64,000 nt of DNA from an uncultured Saprospiraceae bacterium (GTDB lineage: Bacteria; Bacteroidota; Bacteroidia; Chitinophagales; Saprospiraceae). Position numbers and translations under genes: made by a program. Where the stretch lies: NCBI GenBank assembly GCA_964495785.1, contig CAZBXL010000001.1:44406-108405 (forward strand), given 5' to 3'. This document shows positions 29,032-38,467 of this stretch, piece by piece (positions within the stretch are counted from its first letter, which is position 1; the number at the start of each line of letters is the position of its first letter). The notes beneath the pieces were generated by a model. It had not been told where the DNA came from, searched no databases, and saw only the letters and a program-made list of their open reading frames with translations.

Positions 29032-30660
29032 ATGTATAGACACTTAGCTTTTTGCCTGATTACATTTTTATTATTTTCTAATGCTGCCGCTCAAATCCCA
29101 GATAACTTTAATTTTTTAAACCACTCTATTCGTAATTTTGAGAATAGTGCAGTCACCCAAATTAAGTTAGTCAATAACAAGTTAATAGCTGTGCATAATA
29201 GTGGTCTTGACTTAGTAAGTTATGACTATCGCATTAGTAGAGAAGAACAGCCATTAGCGGAGGGGTATAAGTTTATTTGTGAAAATGATAGTACTTATCA
29301 TTATACTTCTTGGGTGCATACCTATGGAGATGCTATAGCTCAATCACTCATAACAAGTACAACAGTTAATGACGAGTCGGTACAACATACTTACGACTTT
29401 ATTTTTAATAATGATGTAAGTGGATTTGATATTACACATGATACAACTGGCGGCTATTGGTGTATAAGTGGTTTCGGTAGAGACCTCTTGTATCTTAAAG
29501 ATGGTGAGGTACGTGATGCCGTTGCTATTAATCAATTTTTGAATAAACTATATACAAGTTGCAGCGGGGATATCTATCTAATAAAGTCAGGCGAGTTGCA
29601 GTATTTTGATGGGCAAGAGTTGGTGTATATATTTGATCTGCCACGATTTGACCATGCATATCAGTACAATGGTTATAACTATCTGTTGGATTCAGACAGG
29701 CTCTATAAGTATGATTGCGAGATGAATACCCAACTAAAAGAATGGACACTGCCTATTTCGGTAGGTTCATTTAATCAAATCGATATCGGGATAGATGATA
29801 TGATCCACATACATCAAATCAATTCTCCATCCTATTTTCTTTACAGCATAGATTCGACTTCTCAGATTACGTCTGAATACTTCGGAACCGTAGATGATGA
29901 TGAAGTGATTGGTGGGGTAGCAGCGACGACTGATAGTACACATATGGTTTTTGGAGAACATCAGTTTGTCTTGAGTAGTCAGACATTCTATAGAAATTAT
30001 AATATCAACGAGCAGTTAGATTACCCAACAGTTGATTTACAAATATCAGATTTTAATATAGAATATTTTGATGCAGGTATTAGATTCGACTACATTACTG
30101 GTGACTCGGTTGATATCCAACAATCCAATTCTGAACTTACTATTAATAATTTAACTTCTGACTCTATCTATGCTTTAGATGTTTTCTCTAATCTGTACAG
30201 AGAATATATAACAGTATTTAGACCTGAAGAATTTATTAGATCTGGAATTGATTCTGTCCTTGCTCCGTTAGAGTCAAGGAATGCGGATCGATTCTTTATA
30301 AATCCAACAACACTAGAAGAATTAGAAAATATAAGAGTAGAATTAACTGGTGCAAATTATAAGTTCCTTGAGAATGGTTCGCAAGTCTTAATGCCGAATC
30401 TGCTTATATCCAGTATAGAATCTATAGAATTAGAACCCTTCAAAATATATCCTAACCCGGTTACAGATCATATTACCTTTAGTCTGGATAAAGATGATCG
30501 AGTGAGCATTCTGAGTGCAGAAGGCAAGTTATATTCTTCATATAATGTTGCATCTACGATCGATAGAATTAACGTTTCTGCATTGATGCCTGGGATGTAT
30601 TACATCGTGTTACAAAATGAAAATAAGTCTCCAAGAATTGGAAAATTTATTAAGCTGTAA
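29032..30660 (+). CDS. Secreted hypothetical protein with a T9SS type-A C-terminal sorting domain
   Basis: Signal peptide. C-terminal FKIYPNPVTDHITFSL...MPGMYYIVLQNENKSPRIGKFIKL. The N-terminal 460 aa contain no motif I recognise. Confidence 0.7.
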   Translation: MYRHLAFCLITFLLFSNAAAQIPDNFNFLNHSIRNFENSAVTQIKLVNNKLIAVHNSGLDLVSYDYRISREEQPLAEGYKFICENDSTYHYTSWVHTYGDAIAQSLITSTTVNDESVQHTYDFIFNNDVSGFDITHDTTGGYWCISGFGRDLLYLKDGEVRDAVAINQFLNKLYTSCSGDIYLIKSGELQYFDGQELVYIFDLPRFDHAYQYNGYNYLLDSDRLYKYDCEMNTQLKEWTLPISVGSFNQIDIGIDDMIHIHQINSPSYFLYSIDSTSQITSEYFGTVDDDEVIGGVAATTDSTHMVFGEHQFVLSSQTFYRNYNINEQLDYPTVDLQISDFNIEYFDAGIRFDYITGDSVDIQQSNSELTINNLTSDSIYALDVFSNLYREYITVFRPEEFIRSGIDSVLAPLESRNADRFFINPTTLEELENIRVELTGANYKFLENGSQVLMPNLLISSIESIELEPFKIYPNPVTDHITFSLDKDDRVSILSAEGKLYSSYNVASTIDRINVSALMPGMYYIVLQNENKSPRIGKFIKL

Positions 30661-30921
30661 GCTAAAATGTTTGGTATGAAAGCCGGTATTCGTTAGATCT
30701 TTCATTTTAAAATAATTGTAAGGAGTTAGTTAAGAAGAGGAGTGTAGAATTTGTATGGAGCAAGTAAGATTTGACAAGTTTACGGAATTTGTCAGATCTG
30801 ATTGTGGATTTATAAGAATCCTCTCTATCCCGTAAACTACAATTCTTGTTATGCTTCTTATTTTTGTGGGTAAGCTTAGCCGTCTTATATTCCCTATTAA
30901 AGACAATTAGAATGGCAGGCA

Positions 30922-30966
30922 TAAAAAAAGAACCTAAGTCTGCACTTAAGTTCTTTGTTTGGTTTT
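30922..30966. terminator. Bidirectional-looking intrinsic terminator, best on the minus strand (downstream of 31028..31654)
   Basis: 13-bp stem 30927-30939 / 30944-30956 with one C/A mismatch (G-U on the minus strand). Flanked by an A7 run upstream and tttgtttggtttt downstream. Confidence 0.55.
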
Positions 30967-31027
30967 AACAGTTGCTTATCTAACTTATAATTAAGCAATA
31001 TATATTATTCAATAATGATGCCAAGCC

Positions 31028-31654
31028 TTAGAATATCCTGATTCCAAGGTTTAAAATTAAGCGACTGGGTCTACTATCAAAGCTGAATTCTTGTCCTGCT
31101 ATACTTATATGATCCCCGAATTTTGAGAAATTACCCTCGTATTCTAATCCAACATTAATTTTGCCCAAATTACCACCTAATCCTACTCTAAAGCCATACT
31201 GAGCAGTATCGAAGCGGTCTTCATAGCCTTCCCAATCAAATAAATCAGAACTTGTATTTAGATGCAGGTGGGCTACTGGCCCTGCATAGATATCTATGAG
31301 AGCTAAGTCTATACCTACGAGAACTGGAATATCAAGATTGGTAAATCGCTCACTAACGACATTATCTATGATTCCGCCATTATCACCATTAAATGTATAC
31401 TCCACTGAAGTAGAATGTAACATTAATCGCGGTTCTAAGAAGATACCACCTAATTGGATTTTTGTGTATATACCGCCTTGAAAGCCTATCTTAGCGTCAG
31501 AAAACATGATGTTTTCATTATCAGAAGTAACGATGTCATCAGGTGAGTTCAGATCAAAAGAGTGAATCCCAAACTTAGTACCGAATTGGACCTGGGCATT
31601 AGCTTGTATTGAGAATAAAATTAATGCGGAAACTACAATAATTAGATTTTTCAT
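31028..31654 (-). CDS. Small outer-membrane beta-barrel (porin-family/OprW-like) protein
   Basis: Signal peptide ...SIQANAQ, alternating beta-strand pattern, and a terminal aromatic residue (GIRIF). Confidence 0.6.
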   Translation of the reverse strand: MKNLIIVVSALILFSIQANAQVQFGTKFGIHSFDLNSPDDIVTSDNENIMFSDAKIGFQGGIYTKIQLGGIFLEPRLMLHSTSVEYTFNGDNGGIIDNVVSERFTNLDIPVLVGIDLALIDIYAGPVAHLHLNTSSDLFDWEGYEDRFDTAQYGFRVGLGGNLGKINVGLEYEGNFSKFGDHISIAGQEFSFDSRPSRLILNLGIRIF

Positions 31655-31757
31655 AGGTTGATTGTTTTATTAAATTAAATTTAATCATTGGGTCGACTAA
31701 GACATATAACGCATTTTAGTATATGAAGTGTTACATTTTAAAGCAACTATTTTTCAC

Positions 31758-32351
31758 ATGGTAATTAAGGATATAGAATTTATTGGCAGTTTTGAGCGTG
31801 AAGAGCAGTGCCCTAAGACAGGTCTACCCGAATATGCATTTATCGGAAGATCCAATGTAGGTAAGTCTTCATTGATTAACCTCATCACGGGAAGAAACGA
31901 TCTGGCCCGTATCTCATCTACACCTGGTAAAACACAAACGTTTAACTACTTCCTTATTAATAAGAGTTGGTATTTAGTAGACTTACCAGGCTACGGCTAT
32001 GCTAAGATATCTAAGAAAGTCAGAGAAAAATGGCAACGTAGTATGAACTATTTTTTGATGAATAGACGACAAGTTTACTGCGTATTCTCACTCATTGATA
32101 GTCGGCATTCCCTCCAAAATGTAGATTTGAATTTCCTTAATTGGTTGGGAGAGAAAGAAATACCTTATTGTATCGTCTATACCAAGATTGATAAGGTAAA
32201 AGACACCGAAATAGACTCACACATAGCTCTTTTAGAAGACCAACTCTTAGAACATTGGGAGTTTTTACCTCAAAGATTCAGGACCAGTACTGTAAAGCGG
32301 ACAGGAGGTGAAGACATTTTAAAATTTATTGAAGAAATAAATAATAAATAG
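31758..32351 (+). CDS. engB: Ribosome-biogenesis GTPase YihA/EngB
   Basis: PEYAFIGRSNVGKSSLIN (G1), DLPGYGYA (G3), TKIDK (G4). ATG 31758 is preferred to the GTG 31728 of the track. Confidence 0.9.
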   Translation: MVIKDIEFIGSFEREEQCPKTGLPEYAFIGRSNVGKSSLINLITGRNDLARISSTPGKTQTFNYFLINKSWYLVDLPGYGYAKISKKVREKWQRSMNYFLMNRRQVYCVFSLIDSRHSLQNVDLNFLNWLGEKEIPYCIVYTKIDKVKDTEIDSHIALLEDQLLEHWEFLPQRFRTSTVKRTGGEDILKFIEEINNK

Positions 32352-32364
32352 GCATTTTTACGAT

Positions 32365-34017
32365 ATGACAGTGGTTGATAGAGCGGAGAATCTTCCTCAC
32401 ATAATTCCTTCCTTAGAAGATTGGCCTATAGACCAATTTGCAAAAGACAGAGATGGCTTCATATCAAGGCTTATAGAATTTACTCTAGATAGATTAGATC
32501 AATCTACTAATTCTGCTTTAGAATTACTTACTAAGACGATATACCTCGAGCAAAAAAGATCTCGAAACAATCCGTGGAAAGTAGATCCGTCAGATGAGAA
32601 TGCGTACTGGAATTCATTGTCCAAAGAACTTGAAAAATCTAAAACTTCTGATAATCCATCTGTAGAGCAACTTAAGATTTTAAAGAGGGTAGTACACAGA
32701 TATTCTGAAGAAATATTGGGCGACTTTAATCCAAAAACATTTTTATTCGCAAGAAAATTTTTGACCTCATTATTTAAAAGATTATTTAATAATGGATGGG
32801 GTAAAGGACATAAAGGGATCTGGGGTAACAGAGATGAGGTCAGACAGAAAATCAAGGTAGATGGTCATGTGGAAGAAGTACGAGAGTTATTTAATAAAGG
32901 TACAGTCGTTATTGTACCCACACATTATTCTAATCTTGATTCTGCTTTAATAGGGTATACGGTAGATATGAAATTGGGAATTCCTGCATTTGCATACGGA
33001 GCAGGACTTAATCTATATGACTACGAACTGGTAGCGTACTTTATCAATAGGTTAGGGGCTTACCGTGTAGATAGACGAAAGAAAAATCCTATCTATCTCG
33101 AGACTCTCAAGAGTATGGCAAGTCTGTCTCTCATAGAAGGCGTTAATCACATATTTTTTCCTGGAGGCACCAGATCGAGGAGTGGTGCCATAGAAGACAA
33201 GTTGAAACTTGGTCTCTTGAATTCTGTTATAGATGCTCAGAGGTATTGCATTATCAACGATATCAAACAAAAGATCTTTGTCGTACCCATGGCTATGAGT
33301 TATCACTTTGTTTTAGAGGCTAAATCGCTCATAGATCAACACCTCAGAGTAGAGGGTAAAGAAAAATACGTACGATCTAAAAGGAAAGGCTCTAAAATGT
33401 CTAACCTTTTTAAATTTTTTAAAGATCTAAGAAAACAAGATTCAGAAGTATATATTTCTATAGGTAAGCCAATGGATGTATTGGGTAATACAGTTAATTC
33501 CAAAGGTCAAAGTGTCTGTCATAAAGGAAAGCCTGTAGATATAAAAACATATTTCACTTCTGATGATGTCCTAAATGTAGATAACCAAAGAGAGTCCATT
33601 TACACTAGAATTCTCGCTGAAAAGATTCTTGATTCCTTTAAGGCTGAGAATGTTATACTGTCAAGTCATGCGGTAGCATTTGCTATGTTTAGGTGCATAG
33701 AGGATATGAACCCAGAGTCTGATCTATTTGACATTCTTAAGATTCCAACTAAAAATATCTTGGTTCCTGTAAAGGAGGTCAAAAGAAAATTACTACTCGT
33801 CATTTCTTATTTAGAGACGATGGATGTAGAAGCTAAGTTTACCTCTGTATTCAATGATGGTATTGATGCTATAATTGAGGATGGAATTGATCATTTAGGA
33901 ATATATCATAACGATAAACCAGTGTATAGGGTAGATGATGATAATCTATCAAGTGCAGACTTAAAAGTTTTGTATTATTATCATAATAAGTTAGAGCACT
34001 ATGAGATTACAAAATAG
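32365..34017 (+). CDS. PlsB-like glycerol-3-phosphate / lysophospholipid acyltransferase
   Basis: Acyltransferase block I H-x4-D (PTHYSNLDS), GAYRVDR, and block III FFPGGTRSRSG. Confidence 0.62.
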   Translation: MTVVDRAENLPHIIPSLEDWPIDQFAKDRDGFISRLIEFTLDRLDQSTNSALELLTKTIYLEQKRSRNNPWKVDPSDENAYWNSLSKELEKSKTSDNPSVEQLKILKRVVHRYSEEILGDFNPKTFLFARKFLTSLFKRLFNNGWGKGHKGIWGNRDEVRQKIKVDGHVEEVRELFNKGTVVIVPTHYSNLDSALIGYTVDMKLGIPAFAYGAGLNLYDYELVAYFINRLGAYRVDRRKKNPIYLETLKSMASLSLIEGVNHIFFPGGTRSRSGAIEDKLKLGLLNSVIDAQRYCIINDIKQKIFVVPMAMSYHFVLEAKSLIDQHLRVEGKEKYVRSKRKGSKMSNLFKFFKDLRKQDSEVYISIGKPMDVLGNTVNSKGQSVCHKGKPVDIKTYFTSDDVLNVDNQRESIYTRILAEKILDSFKAENVILSSHAVAFAMFRCIEDMNPESDLFDILKIPTKNILVPVKEVKRKLLLVISYLETMDVEAKFTSVFNDGIDAIIEDGIDHLGIYHNDKPVYRVDDDNLSSADLKVLYYYHNKLEHYEITK

Positions 34018-34048
34018 TCTTCTCAAATCTTTAAAAATAAAAGAATAG

Positions 34049-34600
34049 TTGGCAGTTAATTATATCATATTCGATCTTGAAGCGACCTGTTGGTTAGGTA
34101 GACCTCCTAAGGGATACAATGAAATTATAGAAATAGGGGCTGTCAAAATTAATGAGTACGGTGAGCAAACCGGGACATTCGAAAGATTTATAAAACCTAC
34201 AGTCAACCCTAAGTTGTCTGGCTTCTGTAAGAAGTTAACTTCTATCAGCCAGCAACAAGTCAATACTGCACGGACCTTTCCTCATGTGTATGATGAATTT
34301 ATGGAATGGGCCGAAGTGCATGAGACGGACTATTACTTATGTTCTTGGGGAAAAAACGATATCAAACTACTTCTTAGTAATTGTGAGTTACATAAGTTAG
34401 ATGAACATCTTCTAGATCAGTATACCAATCTCAAACCCCAGTATAATAGAATCAAGGGCTCTGCAGTCGGAGGCACGCTTAAAAAGATTGTAATTAAGGA
34501 AGGCTATGAATTTACTGGTAAGGCTCATAGAGCTATCTCAGATGCCGAGAACTTGGCTAAGATATTTCTTAAGTATTTCGATGAGTGGATCTTTTTATAA
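34049..34600 (+). CDS. DEDDh 3'-5' exonuclease (ERI-1/KapD-like)
   Basis: Exo I IIFDLEATC, EIIEIGAV, Exo II CSWGKNDIKLL, Exo III HRAISDAENLAKI. TTG start in the track. Confidence 0.8.
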   Translation: MAVNYIIFDLEATCWLGRPPKGYNEIIEIGAVKINEYGEQTGTFERFIKPTVNPKLSGFCKKLTSISQQQVNTARTFPHVYDEFMEWAEVHETDYYLCSWGKNDIKLLLSNCELHKLDEHLLDQYTNLKPQYNRIKGSAVGGTLKKIVIKEGYEFTGKAHRAISDAENLAKIFLKYFDEWIFL

Positions 34601-34623
34601 ATCGACATGAATGATTATAAATA

Positions 34624-34656
34624 GAAAAAGCCTCATGAAGTTCATGAAGCTTTCTC
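34624..34656. terminator. Hairpin terminator between convergent genes
   Basis: Stem 34627-34637 / 34643-34653 (aaagcctcatg / catgaagcttt) with one C/A mismatch that is G-U on the minus strand. A-run on one side and ttt on the other. Confidence 0.5.
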
Positions 34657-34681
34657 ATTAATCTATAGTTTATTTCTTTTC

Positions 34682-35899
34682 TTATCTACTGACAACAAAC
34701 TGTCGAGTTACATTTTTATCTTGAGAAGTCAGTATATAGACACCATTATCAAGATGTGATACATTTATTCTTTCGCTTCCATTAAGAGTGAATTGCAGAA
34801 CCTCTTTTCCTAAATGGTCAAATACAGAAAACTTTCCTTTAAGTATCTCATTGTCATCTGAATCTAATGTGATAAAATCACTTGTTGGGTTAGGCTGTAT
34901 TGTTAGGTCTAAGTTATCTATCTCGTCTGAGGTAGAAGATATTGTCTGAGTCAGATCATATTTATAAGCGTCAGACATACTTTGGTTAGGACCATTTCCT
35001 CTTACAATCCCGTTAAATAAATAGACTTCATCATTTAACACAAATGAGGCAGGTGCCCATCTTGAGTTTCCTGGATGAGGAGGTAACTCTTCCCATTCAT
35101 CTAATTCAGGATCATAACTCCAGAATTCTCCTGTCTCCATAGTAGAGTGTTGTTCTCCTTCTCCGCTTAATATGTAGCCTTTACCTTCCCAAGCAAATTG
35201 TTGTCCTGCTACTCTACCTTGTGCTGGCAATGTTGCAACTTCATCCCATACCTCATTTGCAGGATCATAACGATACCATTCGTTATAGATATTGGGTCCA
35301 CCATGACCAAAGCCTACGTAGATAAAATCACCGATTCCAAACTGATATGGGTGATGTCTCGTAGCCCCTGGAAATCTTGGTCCGACTTCCCAAGTATCTG
35401 TTTCTATATCATATATCCACCAGTCATCTAAGTCACCCAATTGGCCGCCTCCGAGACCTACATATACTTTTCCATTATGAGCGACCATAGCAGGATGTAT
35501 TCTTTCTTCGCAAGGACAACTTGCAAGTTGCTCCCATTCTCCTACAGCAGGATCATATACCCATAGATCATCAAATCTGTTAGTGCTGGCGCCAAAGCCA
35601 AAATAAGCTTTCCCATCCCAAGTGTCTCCTATTGCAAATCCTCTTGCAAATCCAGGAAAGTTTCCAATTCTTGTAAATTCATCCACCACTGGATCATACT
35701 CAAAAAATGAATTAGTAACCTGCCCATTAGCATTGATTCCAGCAACTAAATATCCTTTACCATCTAAAGCGAAACCATAGGTGTGATCGGTTATAAAATT
35801 AGATGGAGGCGATGCTACTGGTACCCACTGAGCATGACTCTGCAGTACACAAAACAAAGCAAGTATAGTAATTAGACTTTTTAGTAAATTTAATTTCAT
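34682..35899 (-). CDS. Kelch-repeat beta-propeller protein with a T9SS type-A C-terminal sorting domain
   Basis: Repeated Kelch-like blades (GKAYFGFG, GKVYVGLGG, DFIYVGFGHG, GKGYILSGEG, EVYLFNG with W/Y spacing). CTD LTIQPNPTSDFITL...NGVYILTSQDKNVTRQFVVSR. ATG 35899 (MKLNLLKSL... signal peptide) is preferred to 35950. Confidence 0.75.
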   Translation of the reverse strand: MKLNLLKSLITILALFCVLQSHAQWVPVASPPSNFITDHTYGFALDGKGYLVAGINANGQVTNSFFEYDPVVDEFTRIGNFPGFARGFAIGDTWDGKAYFGFGASTNRFDDLWVYDPAVGEWEQLASCPCEERIHPAMVAHNGKVYVGLGGGQLGDLDDWWIYDIETDTWEVGPRFPGATRHHPYQFGIGDFIYVGFGHGGPNIYNEWYRYDPANEVWDEVATLPAQGRVAGQQFAWEGKGYILSGEGEQHSTMETGEFWSYDPELDEWEELPPHPGNSRWAPASFVLNDEVYLFNGIVRGNGPNQSMSDAYKYDLTQTISSTSDEIDNLDLTIQPNPTSDFITLDSDDNEILKGKFSVFDHLGKEVLQFTLNGSERINVSHLDNGVYILTSQDKNVTRQFVVSR

Positions 35900-36063
35900 A
35901 TTAATAGTTTCAATTTTTCTCAAAGATGTAAAATGATAAAATAATTTCATTCTAATACAACAATAGAAATTATTAGTTGACGATTAGTCGTGATAATGCA
36001 AGAAAATTCTCCTTTATTCTAATTATAAGTGATTATGTCTGTATTGGAATATTAATCCAATAT

Positions 36064-38028
36064 CTATTTGATAAGCGTTATATGTCCCGTTTCATTTGAT
36101 ATAAATCCATTAATGGAATACTGAATCTGGTAAACGTAGACACCTTGTAAGGACTCTTCATTGTCAAAGAAGCCCTGCCAGAGCTCATCAATTGAGAATG
36201 ATTCGAATGCAAGATTTCCCCATCTATCATATATTCTCATGTTAAATTCTGTAATGCTCCCTAAACAAGGACTACCTAAAGCAAATTCTTGATTAACAGC
36301 AGCAGTAGCTGACTTAGAGAAAATATTAGGTACATACAGAGGGCAAGTGTACTCGATCTGAATACTGTCAGAAACAAAGCAGCCATTCTCATCCGTAATA
36401 GTGTAGTATAGACTTGAGAGCTCTATGTCTGGCGAGATAGTGATCTCAGTGCACGTATTGCAAGACACCAGACTCTCAGGAGTCCAGAGAATCGAAGAAT
36501 TGCTTTCTATACTAATTTCTAAATTGATATCCTCCGTTATATCTATTTCCAAGCTACTGGGTATGTTATCGGTAGAGATTGGAGTAACGACATCAATTTC
36601 AAAAATATACATGGTATCACATCCAATTTGAGCATCAAGAACTATTGTATCTATGACGGGCTCTGAATAGGGTATTCCATTGATAGATACTGATTCATTA
36701 GGGCACAATATGAAAGAATCTGACCTCTGTTCAAGTTCTGTAATGCTAAGTTCTATGTCAACTATAGAGTCGCAGTCGTTAGCAGATGTAAGCGTCACCT
36801 GACCTATTCTTTTATCTGTATTAAAAACCTCACCACCTACTACTATGGAGTCATTAGCACATATAGTTTCATTAAGAATAAAGGCACTATTGGGTTTGAA
36901 GAATAAGTCAATATTAATTATAGAATCGCATCCATTTGCAGAAGGTATTATTTCTTGACCTGTGGTGTTATCTTCATCATAGATATTCCCATTTATAATG
37001 GTAGAGAAACTATCATCTTCACATCCGTCATGAAATATATCAATGACACTGTTAGCTAAGGGGCTTATTACCGTTGTCACGATGCTATCACAAAGATCAA
37101 TTGTAAGAAGTGTATCTACATAAACACCCGGAGTCATCACGTTGTCTCCGCCTGGCAAAATATATACATCATTAGGACAGAGGTCTACATTTGTAGTTGT
37201 ATTCGTAGAATTCACAATAGAGCAGCCTAATGCAAAAATATTAGCAACTAATCTATCATTGTTATTATTAATATTTGGTCCATCAGAAACTTGCCCTGCA
37301 AAATTACCACAGAATACTCCAATGTCTCCAATGATGATATCATTGGTAGCATTGTCAAGTACGAATGTAGGAAGCTTGTTGTCATCTATACCTAAAACTT
37401 CAAATCCTGTCGTAGGGCCTTCCCGAATCACACCTTGGTAGGTTCCTCCTTGACTAAAACTTGGTACATTACCAAAAGGTCCATTAAATATTGCTTCACC
37501 TAGCTGATTACCATTTGAGATATTAGGATTTTCATTTCCATTTTGAATATCATATCCCCATACAGCGGCTTCAGCTTGAGTCGTAATAACTAAGTTTCGT
37601 GTTGACTTCAAAGACCAATCTCTAATTTGATTAAGGATATTATTAGGAATAGAGGTAACATCGCCGGTAATGCCACCAGTCAATGTATCGATAATAAAAT
37701 TACCTGTAAATATTATATCACAACTACTTTGTTCTATATAGTCTACTGTAACGTCTTCAGTTAGAGGAAGTAATTGTATAGGACATTCTACAACCCCAAA
37801 CTCACCGAAGTTATTTGTGTTGTTCAATTTTCTCGCAAGAGCATCATCCATTAATCTTCCGTCTAATGTATATCCACAACCATTGCTGTTTGGGTTAGCC
37901 TGACAATAAATAGCGTCTGGTAGAAAACAGATTGTTATCTCTAATTGATCACAATCATTCTGTCCATGGACTATGCCATTGCACATAAGTAAGCCTATGA
38001 CGATAAATATAAGTTGTGATATTTTCAC
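36064..38028 (-). CDS. Cys-rich secreted protein with a T9SS type-B (gliding-motility-associated CHU_C) C-terminal domain
   Basis: Signal peptide. C-terminal YVPNIFSK...FNMRIYDRWGNLAFES...WQGFFDNEESLQGVYVYQIQY matches the TIGR04131-type pattern (IYNRWG...W.G...G.Y.Y). Confidence 0.75.
   Translation of the reverse strand: MKISQLIFIVIGLLMCNGIVHGQNDCDQLEITICFLPDAIYCQANPNSNGCGYTLDGRLMDDALARKLNNTNNFGEFGVVECPIQLLPLTEDVTVDYIEQSSCDIIFTGNFIIDTLTGGITGDVTSIPNNILNQIRDWSLKSTRNLVITTQAEAAVWGYDIQNGNENPNISNGNQLGEAIFNGPFGNVPSFSQGGTYQGVIREGPTTGFEVLGIDDNKLPTFVLDNATNDIIIGDIGVFCGNFAGQVSDGPNINNNNDRLVANIFALGCSIVNSTNTTTNVDLCPNDVYILPGGDNVMTPGVYVDTLLTIDLCDSIVTTVISPLANSVIDIFHDGCEDDSFSTIINGNIYDEDNTTGQEIIPSANGCDSIINIDLFFKPNSAFILNETICANDSIVVGGEVFNTDKRIGQVTLTSANDCDSIVDIELSITELEQRSDSFILCPNESVSINGIPYSEPVIDTIVLDAQIGCDTMYIFEIDVVTPISTDNIPSSLEIDITEDINLEISIESNSSILWTPESLVSCNTCTEITISPDIELSSLYYTITDENGCFVSDSIQIEYTCPLYVPNIFSKSATAAVNQEFALGSPCLGSITEFNMRIYDRWGNLAFESFSIDELWQGFFDNEESLQGVYVYQIQYSINGFISNETGHITLIK
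36589..37179 (-). repeat. Four tandem ~45-aa Cys-pair modules inside 36064..38028
   Basis: aa 284-320 LCPNDVY...DLCDSIVTTV; 336-376 CEDDSF...NGCDSIINIDL; 390-428 CANDSIV...NDCDSIVDIEL; 442-480 CPNESVS...IGCDTMYIFEIDV. Shared pattern: C.(N/D)(D/E)S...G...(24-27 aa)...(G/D)CD(S/T)(I/M)...(I/V)(D/E)(L/V). Confidence 0.6.
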
Positions 38029-38467
38029 TTATTGAAGATAAAGTTAGTAATCAAATTTTCTGTCTTGATTGAAGATTAAAGACAATTATTAGAATAATTT
38101 TCAGATATCTATGTTGGCGCTTTCATCCAGAAAGACAAAGCTGTTAATAAGAAGATCAATTATATATTATTTTAACACTTTTCTTTACTGGAGTAGATAT
38201 TAATAAGTATTAACCTATACACTCAATAGGTCACAATCATAGAGTATAGGATTTTTTAGATTACATAAGAAGAAGATAAAGTAATATTGAATATGGCCTC
38301 ATAGTTGAGGATCATTGACCAATGTAGTTGGATAGAGTTTTTATCAACTTATTCTTTTGGTTCTTAGTTTTTATTAGCTAATCTATGTTATGTTCACTAA
38401 TGGTTAGATGTGTAGTGTTCTTCTGCTATGAAACAATAGTCTCATTATTGAAGTTGAATAACTATCT

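Noticed and set aside
30707-30922. 71-aa minus ORF and a 26-aa plus ORF (MEQVRFDKFTEFVRSDCGFIRILSIP) in the 30.66-31.03 kb spacer
   Set aside because: The 71-aa ORF starts inside the terminator stem and is a basic low-complexity sequence. The 26-aa ORF has no supporting signal. The spacer may still carry an sRNA, but I cannot support a call.
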